Positions 52,313 to 61,274 of a stretch of DNA of 64,000 nt are shown piece after piece. Source of the DNA: Terriglobia bacterium (lineage in GTDB: Bacteria; Acidobacteriota; Terriglobia; 2-12-FULL-54-10); assembly GCA_965222345.1 (NCBI GenBank), contig CBDCTS010000004.1:641625-705624 (forward strand), written 5' to 3'. Each line of letters begins with the position of its first letter. Positions within the stretch are counted from its first letter, which is position 1. The translations under genes and the position numbers were made by a program. Under the pieces are notes generated by a model. The model saw only the letters and a program-made list of their open reading frames with translations, was not told the origin of the DNA and did no database searches.

Positions 52313-53446
52313 CTAGCGCAACTTCAGCGTGGAAAGCGAGAACAGGGCCAGCACCAAAGCCGCGATCCAGAATCGGATGATGACCTTGGATTCGCTCCAG
52401 CCTTTCATTTCAAAGTGATGATGTAGAGGCGCCATCTGGAACAGCCGCCGTCCCCATAATTGAAACGAAGCCACCTGCAAGATCACCGACAACGCTTCGG
52501 CCACAAAGACGCCCGCGATCAGAAACAGCAAAATCTCCTGTTTGATGATGACGGCAACCGTGCCGATCGCGCCACCCAGCGCCAGAGAGCCCACGTCGCC
52601 CATGAAGATCTCCGCCGGATGGGAGTTGTACCACAGGAACCCCATACAGGCCCCGACCATGGCGCCGCAGAAGATGGTCACCTCCGCCACCTGCGGGATA
52701 TATTGCAACTCCAGATAGCGGGCAAAGACAGCGTGTCCGGTGACGTAACTCAGCACGGTTAGGGCTCCGGCAGCGACGATGCTGCAGCCGGCCGCCAATC
52801 CATCGAGGCCATCGGTGAGGTTAACGGCGTTACTGGCTCCCACGACGACCAGCACCACAAACAGGAGAAAGAAGCCGAAAGCCAGGGGATAGAAATATGG
52901 GTTGTCCATCAGGCTGTGGATGATCAGGTCCGGCGTGAATGTTTTGAAGAATGGCACGCTCAGGTTCGTTGAGTAGTTCCCTCGAATGGTCAAAAAGACC
53001 AGCCCCATCCCCACCAGCAAGCTGATCAGGATTTGCAGATAGAGCTTGGTCCTTCCGGAAAGACCCTTGCTGCGCTGACGGCGAATCTTATAGTAGTCGT
53101 CCAGGAACCCGACCACTGCGAACCCGAGCGTGGCCAGGATCACCATCCACACCAGTACATTCGACAGGTTCGCCCAGAGGAGCGTCGGCACCAGGATGGC
53201 TACGTTGATCAGAACCCCTCCCATGGTCGGAGTCCCGGCCTTGTCCTGATGCGAGCGGGGACCTTCTTCCCGAATATATTGCCCGATCTGAAATTCTCTC
53301 AGACGCGCGATGAGCCAGGGGCCCACCACCAGACAAATCAGCAAGGCCGTCAGGGTGGCGAAGGCAGTTCGGAAGGTCACGTACTGAAAGACCCGGAACG
53401 GGGTGAAATAAGGAAAAAGCTGTTCGAAAAGAAGATAGTACAGCAT
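52313..53446 (-). CDS. mraY: Phospho-N-acetylmuramoyl-pentapeptide transferase
   Basis: MraY motifs (GFLDDY; multi-TM). Confidence 0.9.
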   Translation of the reverse strand: MLYYLLFEQLFPYFTPFRVFQYVTFRTAFATLTALLICLVVGPWLIARLREFQIGQYIREEGPRSHQDKAGTPTMGGVLINVAILVPTLLWANLSNVLVWMVILATLGFAVVGFLDDYYKIRRQRSKGLSGRTKLYLQILISLLVGMGLVFLTIRGNYSTNLSVPFFKTFTPDLIIHSLMDNPYFYPLAFGFFLLFVVLVVVGASNAVNLTDGLDGLAAGCSIVAAGALTVLSYVTGHAVFARYLELQYIPQVAEVTIFCGAMVGACMGFLWYNSHPAEIFMGDVGSLALGGAIGTVAVIIKQEILLFLIAGVFVAEALSVILQVASFQLWGRRLFQMAPLHHHFEMKGWSESKVIIRFWIAALVLALFSLSTLKLR

Positions 53447-53456
53447 GGAATCGCAC

Positions 53457-54932
53457 CTATCGCTCAGGCCGTGACAAAACGTTCTGTTGCCAGACTTCCC
53501 AGACTCTTTCCAGATGCACCGCCCGCGAAGCCTTCAGCAACACCACATCTCCCTCTTGCAACGTGTTCTGCAACCCGCGGGCCGCCTCTTCAGCCGAATC
53601 AAAGTGGGCCAGAGCTTCCGGCCGCAGCCCCGCTGCGCGCGCGCCGCCGACAAAAGACCGCGCCTCCTCACCGACCGTAAAGAGACCGTCAAAGGACAAC
53701 TCGCCCAGCCGGTAGCCGCACCGATAATGCAGCATCTCAGAGGACGGACCCAACTCCCGCATCTCCCCCAGAACCGCAAAGCGCCGCCGGGCACTCAGCG
53801 AGGCAACTGAGACTAGCATGGCTTCCAGCGCCTCCGGGTTGGAGTTGTAGCAATCGTTCACAACCAACGCCCCGTTCGCCAGCCGGATCAACTCGCCCCG
53901 CATGGGAGCAGGCCGCAGGCCTTTTACGGCTTCGCGCAAGCCAGCCGGCGGAAGGCCGAAGCAATAGCAGGCAGCAAGAGCAGCCAGCAGGTTGAGTACA
54001 TTATGCCGCCCAACCAGAGGCAGATGAAAGAACTCGTCGGAAGGCGTCTCCGGAGGCGGGACGCGAGATGGCGCTTTTGCTTTCCACACCGAACCCGGCG
54101 GGACAGCCTGGAACGGTTCAGCCGGAACCGTGAACCGAAACTCACCGCTCCCGTTTCGTTCCAGACCTTGCGCACGGAAATGGGCGGGACCCGAAACTCC
54201 GAAATAGAGAGCGCGGCCAGGAAGCCGTTCGCCGAAGGAGCGAACCTTAGGATCGTCAGCATTCAGCACGGCCCAGGCCTGGGACCCGAGTGATTCAATC
54301 AGCTCGAACTTGGCGCGAGCGATCGCCTCCACGTCCGGGAAAAATTCCAAATGAACGGCGCTGACGTTGGTTACAACACCTACGTCGGGAGCCGCTAAAT
54401 TTGCCAGCGAGCGGATTTCGCCGGGACCGGACATCCCTAACTCAAATACACCTGCCTCTGTTTCCGGTTGCAGACGCAGCAGCGAAAGCGGCAGCCCCAA
54501 ATGATTGTTGAGGTTCCCCTCGCTGGCCAGCACCCGAAACCGCGTGCCGAGAAGCGCTGCGATCATCTGCTTGGTAATGGTCTTCCCGGCGCTGCCCGTC
54601 ACCGCCACCAACGGCCCTCCCCAACGGCGGCGCACCGCCGCTGCCAGTTTTTGCATCGCTTCCAGAGTGTCCCGCACCCCGATCAGTTTCGGCTGGCTGC
54701 AGGATACGAAACTCTCTCGGCAGGAGGAGCTGACCACCGCGCCCGCGGCTCCAGCAGCCAGGGCTGCCGGAACAAAATCGTGGCCGTCGAAGTTCTGTCC
54801 TCGAACGGCAAAAAACAGCTCCCCAGGCAGAATCGTCCGCGAATCGATGGAATAACCCGCTGCCCGCAAGTTCGGCAGCGAGGGCGGAGATGTCTCCATC
54901 ATCCGGGCGATTTCACCGAAGCTGAGTTCCAT
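53457..54932 (-). CDS. murF: UDP-N-acetylmuramoyl-tripeptide-D-alanyl-D-alanine ligase
   Basis: Mur ligase motifs (VAVTGSAGKT); sits 10 bp downstream of the mraY stop. Confidence 0.9.
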   Translation of the reverse strand: MELSFGEIARMMETSPPSLPNLRAAGYSIDSRTILPGELFFAVRGQNFDGHDFVPAALAAGAAGAVVSSSCRESFVSCSQPKLIGVRDTLEAMQKLAAAVRRRWGGPLVAVTGSAGKTITKQMIAALLGTRFRVLASEGNLNNHLGLPLSLLRLQPETEAGVFELGMSGPGEIRSLANLAAPDVGVVTNVSAVHLEFFPDVEAIARAKFELIESLGSQAWAVLNADDPKVRSFGERLPGRALYFGVSGPAHFRAQGLERNGSGEFRFTVPAEPFQAVPPGSVWKAKAPSRVPPPETPSDEFFHLPLVGRHNVLNLLAALAACYCFGLPPAGLREAVKGLRPAPMRGELIRLANGALVVNDCYNSNPEALEAMLVSVASLSARRRFAVLGEMRELGPSSEMLHYRCGYRLGELSFDGLFTVGEEARSFVGGARAAGLRPEALAHFDSAEEAARGLQNTLQEGDVVLLKASRAVHLERVWEVWQQNVLSRPER

Positions 54933-55213
54933 GGGCGTGGTAATGCCTTTCTAGCCGTTCCCGTCGGTAACGAAAATCAATTGATGAACTCCAATTCTTC
55001 GGCCAACCAGTCGCGGGCAAGATCGTCGGATGAGAAAATGGCCGCGTCCACAAGACATGGGAGAATGCCAGCAGTTTCACACAATGCCAGAACCCCATCC
55101 TCTACAAACTCGTAGTAATTCCAATCGGCTAGGGCGGTCGGGCTAAGTTGGGGGAATTATGCAGCAAAATACGCAGGGGCAAGATCATCTCGCCACAATA
55201 GATCCGACTCGTT

Positions 55214-55480
55214 TCATAGACTGCGTTTCCACTTAATCTCGGTAACATGGGAAAGGCCCAGGAGCCTTCCCGCTAGTTCCGTATGGAGATTCCAATCTTC
55301 ATCGTCGAATGGAACACCGACTATCCTTCCATGAGTGTCATCATCAATAATGAACTCGAGGTCCAAATCAAGAATGGCCGAACGCTCCAGTGCGGCCACT
55401 CCGTTTCCTCGCATGATTGTTTGTTGGGCAAGTTCGAGACTTGAAGCAGTTGATAACCCATCATCATCCCTGCCGCGCAC
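55214..55480 (-). CDS. Hypothetical protein (low confidence)
   Basis: 88-aa ORF in a lower-GC insertion. No motif. Confidence 0.3.
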   Translation of the reverse strand: MRGRDDDGLSTASSLELAQQTIMRGNGVAALERSAILDLDLEFIIDDDTHGRIVGVPFDDEDWNLHTELAGRLLGLSHVTEIKWKRSL

Positions 55481-55551
55481 AGGTCGATATGCCTTGTCGG
55501 TTAGAACTCCATCCTCGAACCAGCTTGGCTTCAGCGCCCGATAAGCATGTT

Positions 55552-56172
55552 CTAGCCAGGGAATAGCTGCCCCTCCGGATCGTGCTCGTTTTGGGCTAGA
55601 GAGATTTCCTGGGCTATGCGTTTAGGATCAGGGTTGGATTTGGTGCTAAAGGAGCCGACGGGCATCATTATGGAACCCGTTTGCAAAAGGCTTGGCCTAT
55701 TAGGAAAGGTCGCCAATCTAACTATCCGATCGCCATCTCTCCAAGTGGCGCTTAGCTCTCCATAGAAGCTGGAGACTTGTGCGTAAGGCATCTCTGGTAA
55801 AGCCTCAACTACACTACGGATTAGCCGAATCATTTCATCTACTACTTTCTGGGGCGGCGCTTCTTCATCCTCGTCGCGCATCGCCTCGTCCTCCGATAAT
55901 CTGATGATGCGCTGTATAATCCTTTCCGCAACGTTCCGTTGCTCACATACCAAAGCTGCAATGTTCCCCTCCGCTGAAAAGGCTCCATCCATGCTAGCGT
56001 TTACTAGGTACGGAGGCATCGCTGTCGAAAATGCAAAAACCAGCGGAGCTAGGAATCTAGCACTGTGAGAAGATCGTTGATCTTCCTGGATCTCATTATT
56101 ATAACTAAGCATTCCCTGTTTGCTCCCCCGGTTTTCTGTCGCGAATTTTCTCCAATTCGCCGATCTTATCAC
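55552..56172 (-). CDS. Hypothetical protein
   Basis: 206-aa ORF in the lower-GC insertion. Confidence 0.4.
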   Translation of the reverse strand: MIRSANWRKFATENRGSKQGMLSYNNEIQEDQRSSHSARFLAPLVFAFSTAMPPYLVNASMDGAFSAEGNIAALVCEQRNVAERIIQRIIRLSEDEAMRDEDEEAPPQKVVDEMIRLIRSVVEALPEMPYAQVSSFYGELSATWRDGDRIVRLATFPNRPSLLQTGSIMMPVGSFSTKSNPDPKRIAQEISLAQNEHDPEGQLFPG

Positions 56173-56713
56173 CCAACCACTTATGAAGTGCCGTTGCGGT
56201 GTTCACATCCATCACGATGCCGACTTCTACTTCCCTCACAAATCCCTCCTTCTCTATGCGCTCTTCACGGAGTTCTGTACTGAGAGAATCACCCTTAACG
56301 GCATGTACAGTGCGCTGCGGGATGGGTGCTCGCTCATTGTAAAACGCCGCGAAAATGGTTCCTCTTGGCGTGACCCCACCGTGTGCTCCGTCTGCGTGGA
56401 TAACGCGGTAGCAACTGCTTTTTATAAAAGAGAACTTGATTTTTTTCGGTGGTTCCATCTCGCGTGCAATTGCTCGGCCCAGCCCTTTTAAGGGGGTGTG
56501 GCAACATGTTAAATTTATCGGCGCTCCAGCCTGTAACGCTCGCAGCTCTTTTCTCGTTGGCGTCCGGTTTTCGCTGTGCTGGCCCTCGGGTCGGTCGGCC
56601 AGTAGCACCTGCTTTAGCGCATCGGTCAGGTCTTTCTTGGAAACCGGCATCCGTTCTTTCCGGTCGGAAGACGACTTGGCTTGATTCCTCCCCATTGAGG
56701 AAACCCTCCTCAA
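56105..56713 (-). CDS. Hypothetical protein
   Basis: 202-aa ORF. Overlaps the previous ORF by 68 bp, so the true start may be internal. Confidence 0.4.
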   Translation of the reverse strand: MRRVSSMGRNQAKSSSDRKERMPVSKKDLTDALKQVLLADRPEGQHSENRTPTRKELRALQAGAPINLTCCHTPLKGLGRAIAREMEPPKKIKFSFIKSSCYRVIHADGAHGGVTPRGTIFAAFYNERAPIPQRTVHAVKGDSLSTELREERIEKEGFVREVEVGIVMDVNTATALHKWLGDKIGELEKIRDRKPGEQTGNA

Positions 56714-56817
56714 TCCATCCGCTGAGGCATTCTCCCACGGGAACCAAGAATCGTCAAGGCTCGGGCCGTGATAGAGCCGTCACTCGGGCGGTTTTGATTT
56801 TCCACACGATATCACAG

Positions 56818-57792
56818 TCACGCCTGAATTGGGATGGAAGAAAGCCCGTTCTTCGCCACGAGCTCGGCGTAGGGGATGCGGGAATCGGTGAGTTGACGCG
56901 CCAGGGCTTCCATGCGGTCCAGGGTGTCAATCTCGCAGTTTCCATCGTTCAGCCGGAACGTAGCCTCATTTACATACTTGGCAAGATGCTTCGGAGAAAC
57001 GTGATGCCAAGTCCCGTGCACGGACCTCTTGAATAGCGCCCACACGGATTCAATCGAGTTGGTTGAGACGGCCCCGCGAACGTATTCCCTAGCTCCATGA
57101 TTGATGATCCTGTGCCGGAACTGCCTGTTGGAGAGGCGGTCATAGGCCAGGGCTTCGTCGGTGTATACGGTTGCTCCGGGCTTGACTGAATCTGCCACAA
57201 AATCGGTCAGCGTGTCTGCATTGGCATGCTCAACGGGCTTGGCAATGACTTTCCCGCCACGCTCGCGGATGCCAGCCACGATTGCCTTTCCCACTCCGCC
57301 ACGTCCAGCATGTAGGCGCTTGTTGGAATGTTTGCTGGATTCCTTCCCGCCGACATAGCACCCATCGGCTTCCACGACATTCTTCAGGATGAAGTCGGTT
57401 CGGCCGCAAGCCTCTCGCACACGATGGAGCATGTACCAGGCCGTCCGATATTGCACTCCCAGTTCCTTGTGAAGCTGCATGGCGCTCACGCCCTTTCGGG
57501 CCGTCATGACGCAATAGATCGCGTAAATCCAATTCTGCAAGGGGGTCTTGCTGGCGTGCATACAGGTTCCCGTGGTGACGGTGAAATACCGTCGGCAGTC
57601 TTTGTGCCAGTAGTGGTATGGCTTACTCTCCGATGGTGAGATATTCTCCGTGTTCTTGCAGCGCGGGCAAACCGGCTTTCCATTCCACCGGGCTTGCTCG
57701 AACCACTTGTAGCAGGCATCCTCGGTCGGAAACATCCGTTGCAGTTCGGCAACGCTGATCGTTTTGGCCTTGCGCTTCGCTTGCTTCATCAT
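56818..57792 (-). CDS. IS1595-family transposase (Zn-ribbon + DDE_Tnp_IS1595)
   Basis: N-terminal CPRCKNTENISPSE zinc ribbon and ISXO2-like DDE core (YRTAWYMLHR, VYTDEALAY). Confidence 0.85.
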   Translation of the reverse strand: MMKQAKRKAKTISVAELQRMFPTEDACYKWFEQARWNGKPVCPRCKNTENISPSESKPYHYWHKDCRRYFTVTTGTCMHASKTPLQNWIYAIYCVMTARKGVSAMQLHKELGVQYRTAWYMLHRVREACGRTDFILKNVVEADGCYVGGKESSKHSNKRLHAGRGGVGKAIVAGIRERGGKVIAKPVEHANADTLTDFVADSVKPGATVYTDEALAYDRLSNRQFRHRIINHGAREYVRGAVSTNSIESVWALFKRSVHGTWHHVSPKHLAKYVNEATFRLNDGNCEIDTLDRMEALARQLTDSRIPYAELVAKNGLSSIPIQA

Positions 57793-57895
57793 ATCCCCCT
57801 ATCTGCGTATTATTATATCTACCAGTTCCAGGACTGTCAAGGGGATTGTGTATTTTTAGGGAATTTTCTAGAATTTCATCGGAAGAGGAATTCTG

Positions 57896-58162
57896 ATGAG
57901 AATATTTGTCATCCTGACCGATCCAGCAAACGAGAATCTGGAAAAGGCCATCAAAAGCGAGTTTCCAGAAAAATACTACGACTTCGGAGACGGCCAATGG
58001 TTCGTGGCTGGCGAAGGAACTGCTAGTTTTGTATACGGCAAGCTAGACAATGCCAAAGCGTATGGAGACATTGGCTCGATGGTAGTTCTTTCCACACTGG
58101 GATATGACGGTTACGCCAGCACCAAATTATGGGATTGGTTGATTGCGATGAAGGAACAATGA
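57896..58162 (+). CDS. Hypothetical small protein
   Basis: 88-aa ORF in the AT-rich insertion. Confidence 0.35.
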   Translation: MRIFVILTDPANENLEKAIKSEFPEKYYDFGDGQWFVAGEGTASFVYGKLDNAKAYGDIGSMVVLSTLGYDGYASTKLWDWLIAMKEQ

Positions 58163-58503
58163 ACGGCCAAGACAGCGAATCTGAATCCCGCCAATCCGCT
58201 AAAGAGCGAGGTCCGTATACCCAGGATCTCGAGCCTCGATTAAGGGTGGTCGAGGGTGAGATACGAGAACTGAAAGTCGAATTGAAGCACACGGCAACCA
58301 AGGAATATATTTCAGAGCGGGAAACATCGATGTTTCGCTGGTTGGTTGGGATTTTGCTCGCAGCGGGAGCTGCTATTCTTGCCGCGCTCATCAGGACATT
58401 CGTAGACTACCCCCCCCCCCGCTGCGTATTTTGCTGCATAATTCCCAAAGTTGGTTGCACCTGCGTCGCCAACCTTTTTGCCCCTTCTCAGCCCATGCTC
58501 TGA
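58156..58503 (+). CDS. Small coiled-coil/TM protein (possibly XhlA/holin-like). Overlaps the antisense ORF 58312..58806
   Basis: LRVVEGEIRELKVELKHTATKEYI followed by the TM helix LVGILLAAGAAILAALI. A C11 tract lies at 58410..58420. Confidence 0.3.
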   Translation, partial: TMNGQDSESESRQSAKERGPYTQDLEPRLRVVEGEIRELKVELKHTATKEYISERETSMFRWLVGILLAAGAAILAALIRTFVDYPPPRCVFCCIIPKVGCTCVANLFAPSQPML

Positions 58504-58806
58504 CGCCTTTGCTTCTACAAAATCGGAGAGGCTTTTGATTTCCCGCTCGCATTCCGAAAGCCTGAGAGGAAATGGGGTTGACTTTAGAAAATTAGCCAGC
58601 CGGCTACCAGGACCAGACCTCTGCTGTGTGCTCAACAAACACGCCACCATGACATACCAGAACCTGTCCCGAGAAAACTTGGGGAGTTTTTCTAAAACGA
58701 TATTCCTCTCTTGCCGATTTTTTACAAAAGGGCGATCCTTCATCATGTCCATCAACTTACATACCCTTTCCACATCGGCATCTTCAATATTCCATGCAAC
58801 ATTCAT
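58312..58806 (-). CDS. Hypothetical protein. Overlaps 58156..58503 on the opposite strand, so only one is likely to be real
   Basis: 164-aa ORF; protein-like for the first about 100 aa. Confidence 0.3.
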   Translation of the reverse strand: MNVAWNIEDADVERVCKLMDMMKDRPFVKNRQERNIVLEKLPKFSRDRFWYVMVACLLSTQQRSGPGSRLANFLKSTPFPLRLSECEREIKSLSDFVEAKASEHGLRRGKKVGDAGATNFGNYAAKYAAGGGVVYECPDERGKNSSSRCEQNPNQPAKHRCFPL

Positions 58807-58849
58807 TGCACCATCTTCCTAGCCCAGAAGGGCGGCAGAATCTCGTCCA

Positions 58850-58990
58850 GGGTGCTAGCCCTGGGATGCGAGAATTCCCAAACGAGCCGAGCCCCGTAGG
58901 GGCGTCATCCTCTGGCCCACGGTGAAAACCGTGGGAACAGAGGTGACCAAACAGGCCAGCCCCGTCAGGGGCGACATACTTCGGTCTTCA
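58850..58990. repeat. REP-like GC-rich hairpins flanking the RAYT (left cluster)
   Basis: gccccgtaggggc, cccacggtgaaaaccgtggg and gccccgtcaggggc. Confidence 0.5.
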
Positions 58991-59440
58991 GTCCAAAACA
59001 AATCGTGGATAATACGCGATTCCGTGTTGCTTCAGAAAACTCACCAACTCCTCCTGAAAGCTCCTCTTCCGATGATGCTCTTCCTGGTTTCGAATATACG
59101 TTTTCACCGCCTCCACTTGCGACCGGCTGACACTGAAAGCAGCATACCCGGTTTGCCACGCGAAGCGTGCCCGCTGCGGCCACTACTGGTGCACCCAGCG
59201 CGATGAATTTGCCTTAACCTTTTTCATCAACTCGGCGACTCCCAGGGCGGCCGGCTGAACGAACAATAGGTGAACATGGTCGCTCGGACCGTTAATCAGC
59301 AGGGGCTTGCCCTTCAGCTTGGCGATGATCCCACCCATGTAGGGAAACAGTTCCGACTTCAGCTCTGCGTCTAGATGAGATCGGCGGTGCTTGGTGCTGA
59401 ACAGGGCATGGATCACGATCTGGCTGAAGGTATGGGCCAT
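58988..59440 (-). pseudogene. IS200/IS605-family Y1 (HUH) transposase/RAYT-like gene interrupted by an in-frame amber codon (59183..59185)
   Basis: N-terminal part HVHLLF..SSRWVHQ, then TAG, then WPQRARFAWQTGYAAFSVSRSQVEAVKTYIRNQEEHHRKRSFQEELVSFLKQHGI. Together these form a complete TnpA-like sequence. Confidence 0.7.
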
Positions 59441-59600
59441 GGATGTCGCCCCTGCCGGGGCTTCGCGCTCCCTTTGGTCTGTCTTCCCACGGCTACCGCC
59501 GTGGGCTACAATCTTGCGCCCCTGCCGGGGCTGGCTGTGAACTCCTCCGCTAGCCCCATGCGCAACTGACTCCCCTCGGCTGCACTCGGGGCAGGCCTGG
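59440..59600. repeat. REP-like GC-rich hairpins flanking the RAYT (right cluster)
   Basis: gcccctgccggggc twice, cccacggctaccgccgtggg and ccccatgcg...cgggg. Confidence 0.5.
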
Positions 59601-61127
59601 CTACTGACTCCCGACTACCGATTCCTCCCTAAACCCCAACTTGCCGAGCACCCTCCGGGCTACCTCCCGGTCGTCAAAGGGAACCCTCTGGTCTCCAACA
59701 ATCTGGCAGGTCTCGTGCCCTTTGCCCGCCAGCCACACAGTGTCTCCCGAGCGGGCCTCCCGCAGGGCCATCTCAATGGCCAGCGCGCGGTCCGGCTCCA
59801 CCGTGTAGTTCGCCTTGACTTTCTGCAAGCCGACGGAGATGTCGTTCAGAATCCGGATCGGGTCCTCAGAGCGAGGATTGTCGGAAGTGAGCACAACCCA
59901 ATCGCTCTCTGCAGCCGCCATGCCCATCAAAGGCCGTTTGGCGCGGTCCCGGTCTCCCCCACAGCCGAAAACCAAAATAACCCGGCCCTGGTTTGTCAAT
60001 CTCCGGGCAGAAGAAAGCAGGTTACGCAGGGCGTCTTCGGTGTGGGCATAATCGACAAAGACTCGAAATGGCTGGCCTTCATCGACAGCCTCGAAGCGGC
60101 CGGGAACCAGCACCGGCAGGATACCCCGCGCGATGGCCTCCGGGGCGATATCCAATGTAAGCGCCGCAGCGATAGTGGCGAGCAGGTTATAGACATTGTG
60201 GCGGCCCTGCAAAGGCGAGCAAACCTCTACCGGACCCGCCGGCGTCGTCGCCGTGAATTCCAGCCGTTCCCGGCTCCCTTTCCATTTTCGGACGGTGACG
60301 TCGGCCGGCGATTGCATTCCGTAGGTAATCACCCGGCTACCCGTCCTGGCTCGCAGCGCGGCAGCGTGAGGGTCATCTTTGTTGAGCACCGCGAAGGCCG
60401 GCTCGGCGCCCTCCGGGGCAGGGAGAAAAAGCTTCTCCTTGGCCGCGAAATATTTCTGCTCATCCAAGTGGAAATCCAGGTGGTCACGGGAGAAATTGGT
60501 AAAAACGGCGGCATGAAACGAGCAGCCCGCAACACGGCTGAGCGCCAGCGCGTGCGAGGAAACCTCCATAACCGTGGACCGTCCTCCCTCCTCGGCCACC
60601 TCTCGCAGCATTTTTTGAAGCTCCAAAGACTCCGGGGTCGTGTTTGCAGATGACCAGCGTCTGCGATTCTCTCCAGGACACAGGCGAGACTCAATTGTTC
60701 CGAGCAAGCCGGGTCTCCATCCGGCAACCTCCAGAACAGAGGCCAGCAGGAAGGCCACAGTGGTTTTACCGTTGGTCCCGGTGATGCCCACCAGTTTGAT
60801 CCGCCGGGACGGATGTCCATAGAATTGGCTCGCCGCCAGGGCCAGCGCCCTTCGTACATCGGTGACCTGAACCCAGACAGAGGAGCCTGCAGCCAACTCC
60901 TCACCCGGCAAGGACGCGGGGGGATTTTCGCTGACAACGGCAAGGGCGCCATGCAAAAGCGCTTCCGGAATGAATCGGTTTCCGTCTTGCTGAAAGCCGT
61001 GAATGGCAAAAAAAACCTCTCCAGCCGAAACCCGCCGGGAGTGGTATGCCAAGCCGGCGACCGGCAGACTGCGATCTCCGAAAATCTGGGCCTCGGGGAC
61101 TTGCTCGAAAAGTTCCTGAAGGTTCAT
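59601..61127 (-). CDS. murE: UDP-N-acetylmuramoyl-L-alanyl-D-glutamate-2,6-diaminopimelate ligase
   Basis: Mur ligase motifs (GITGTNGKTT, DNPRSE). Confidence 0.9.
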   Translation of the reverse strand: MNLQELFEQVPEAQIFGDRSLPVAGLAYHSRRVSAGEVFFAIHGFQQDGNRFIPEALLHGALAVVSENPPASLPGEELAAGSSVWVQVTDVRRALALAASQFYGHPSRRIKLVGITGTNGKTTVAFLLASVLEVAGWRPGLLGTIESRLCPGENRRRWSSANTTPESLELQKMLREVAEEGGRSTVMEVSSHALALSRVAGCSFHAAVFTNFSRDHLDFHLDEQKYFAAKEKLFLPAPEGAEPAFAVLNKDDPHAAALRARTGSRVITYGMQSPADVTVRKWKGSRERLEFTATTPAGPVEVCSPLQGRHNVYNLLATIAAALTLDIAPEAIARGILPVLVPGRFEAVDEGQPFRVFVDYAHTEDALRNLLSSARRLTNQGRVILVFGCGGDRDRAKRPLMGMAAAESDWVVLTSDNPRSEDPIRILNDISVGLQKVKANYTVEPDRALAIEMALREARSGDTVWLAGKGHETCQIVGDQRVPFDDREVARRVLGKLGFREESVVGSQ

Positions 61128-61274
61128 TCCGTTTGAGCCACTTGAACAGTATGAGCCGCTGCATCGGATATGCGGGGCGAACTGGAAAAGCCAACTCCCT
61201 GCAACCGGCGCGCTCCTAGCGGGCGGAAAAGGGAAATCAACACTTTCAATTATACCTCCAGCCTCTATTCCCAG

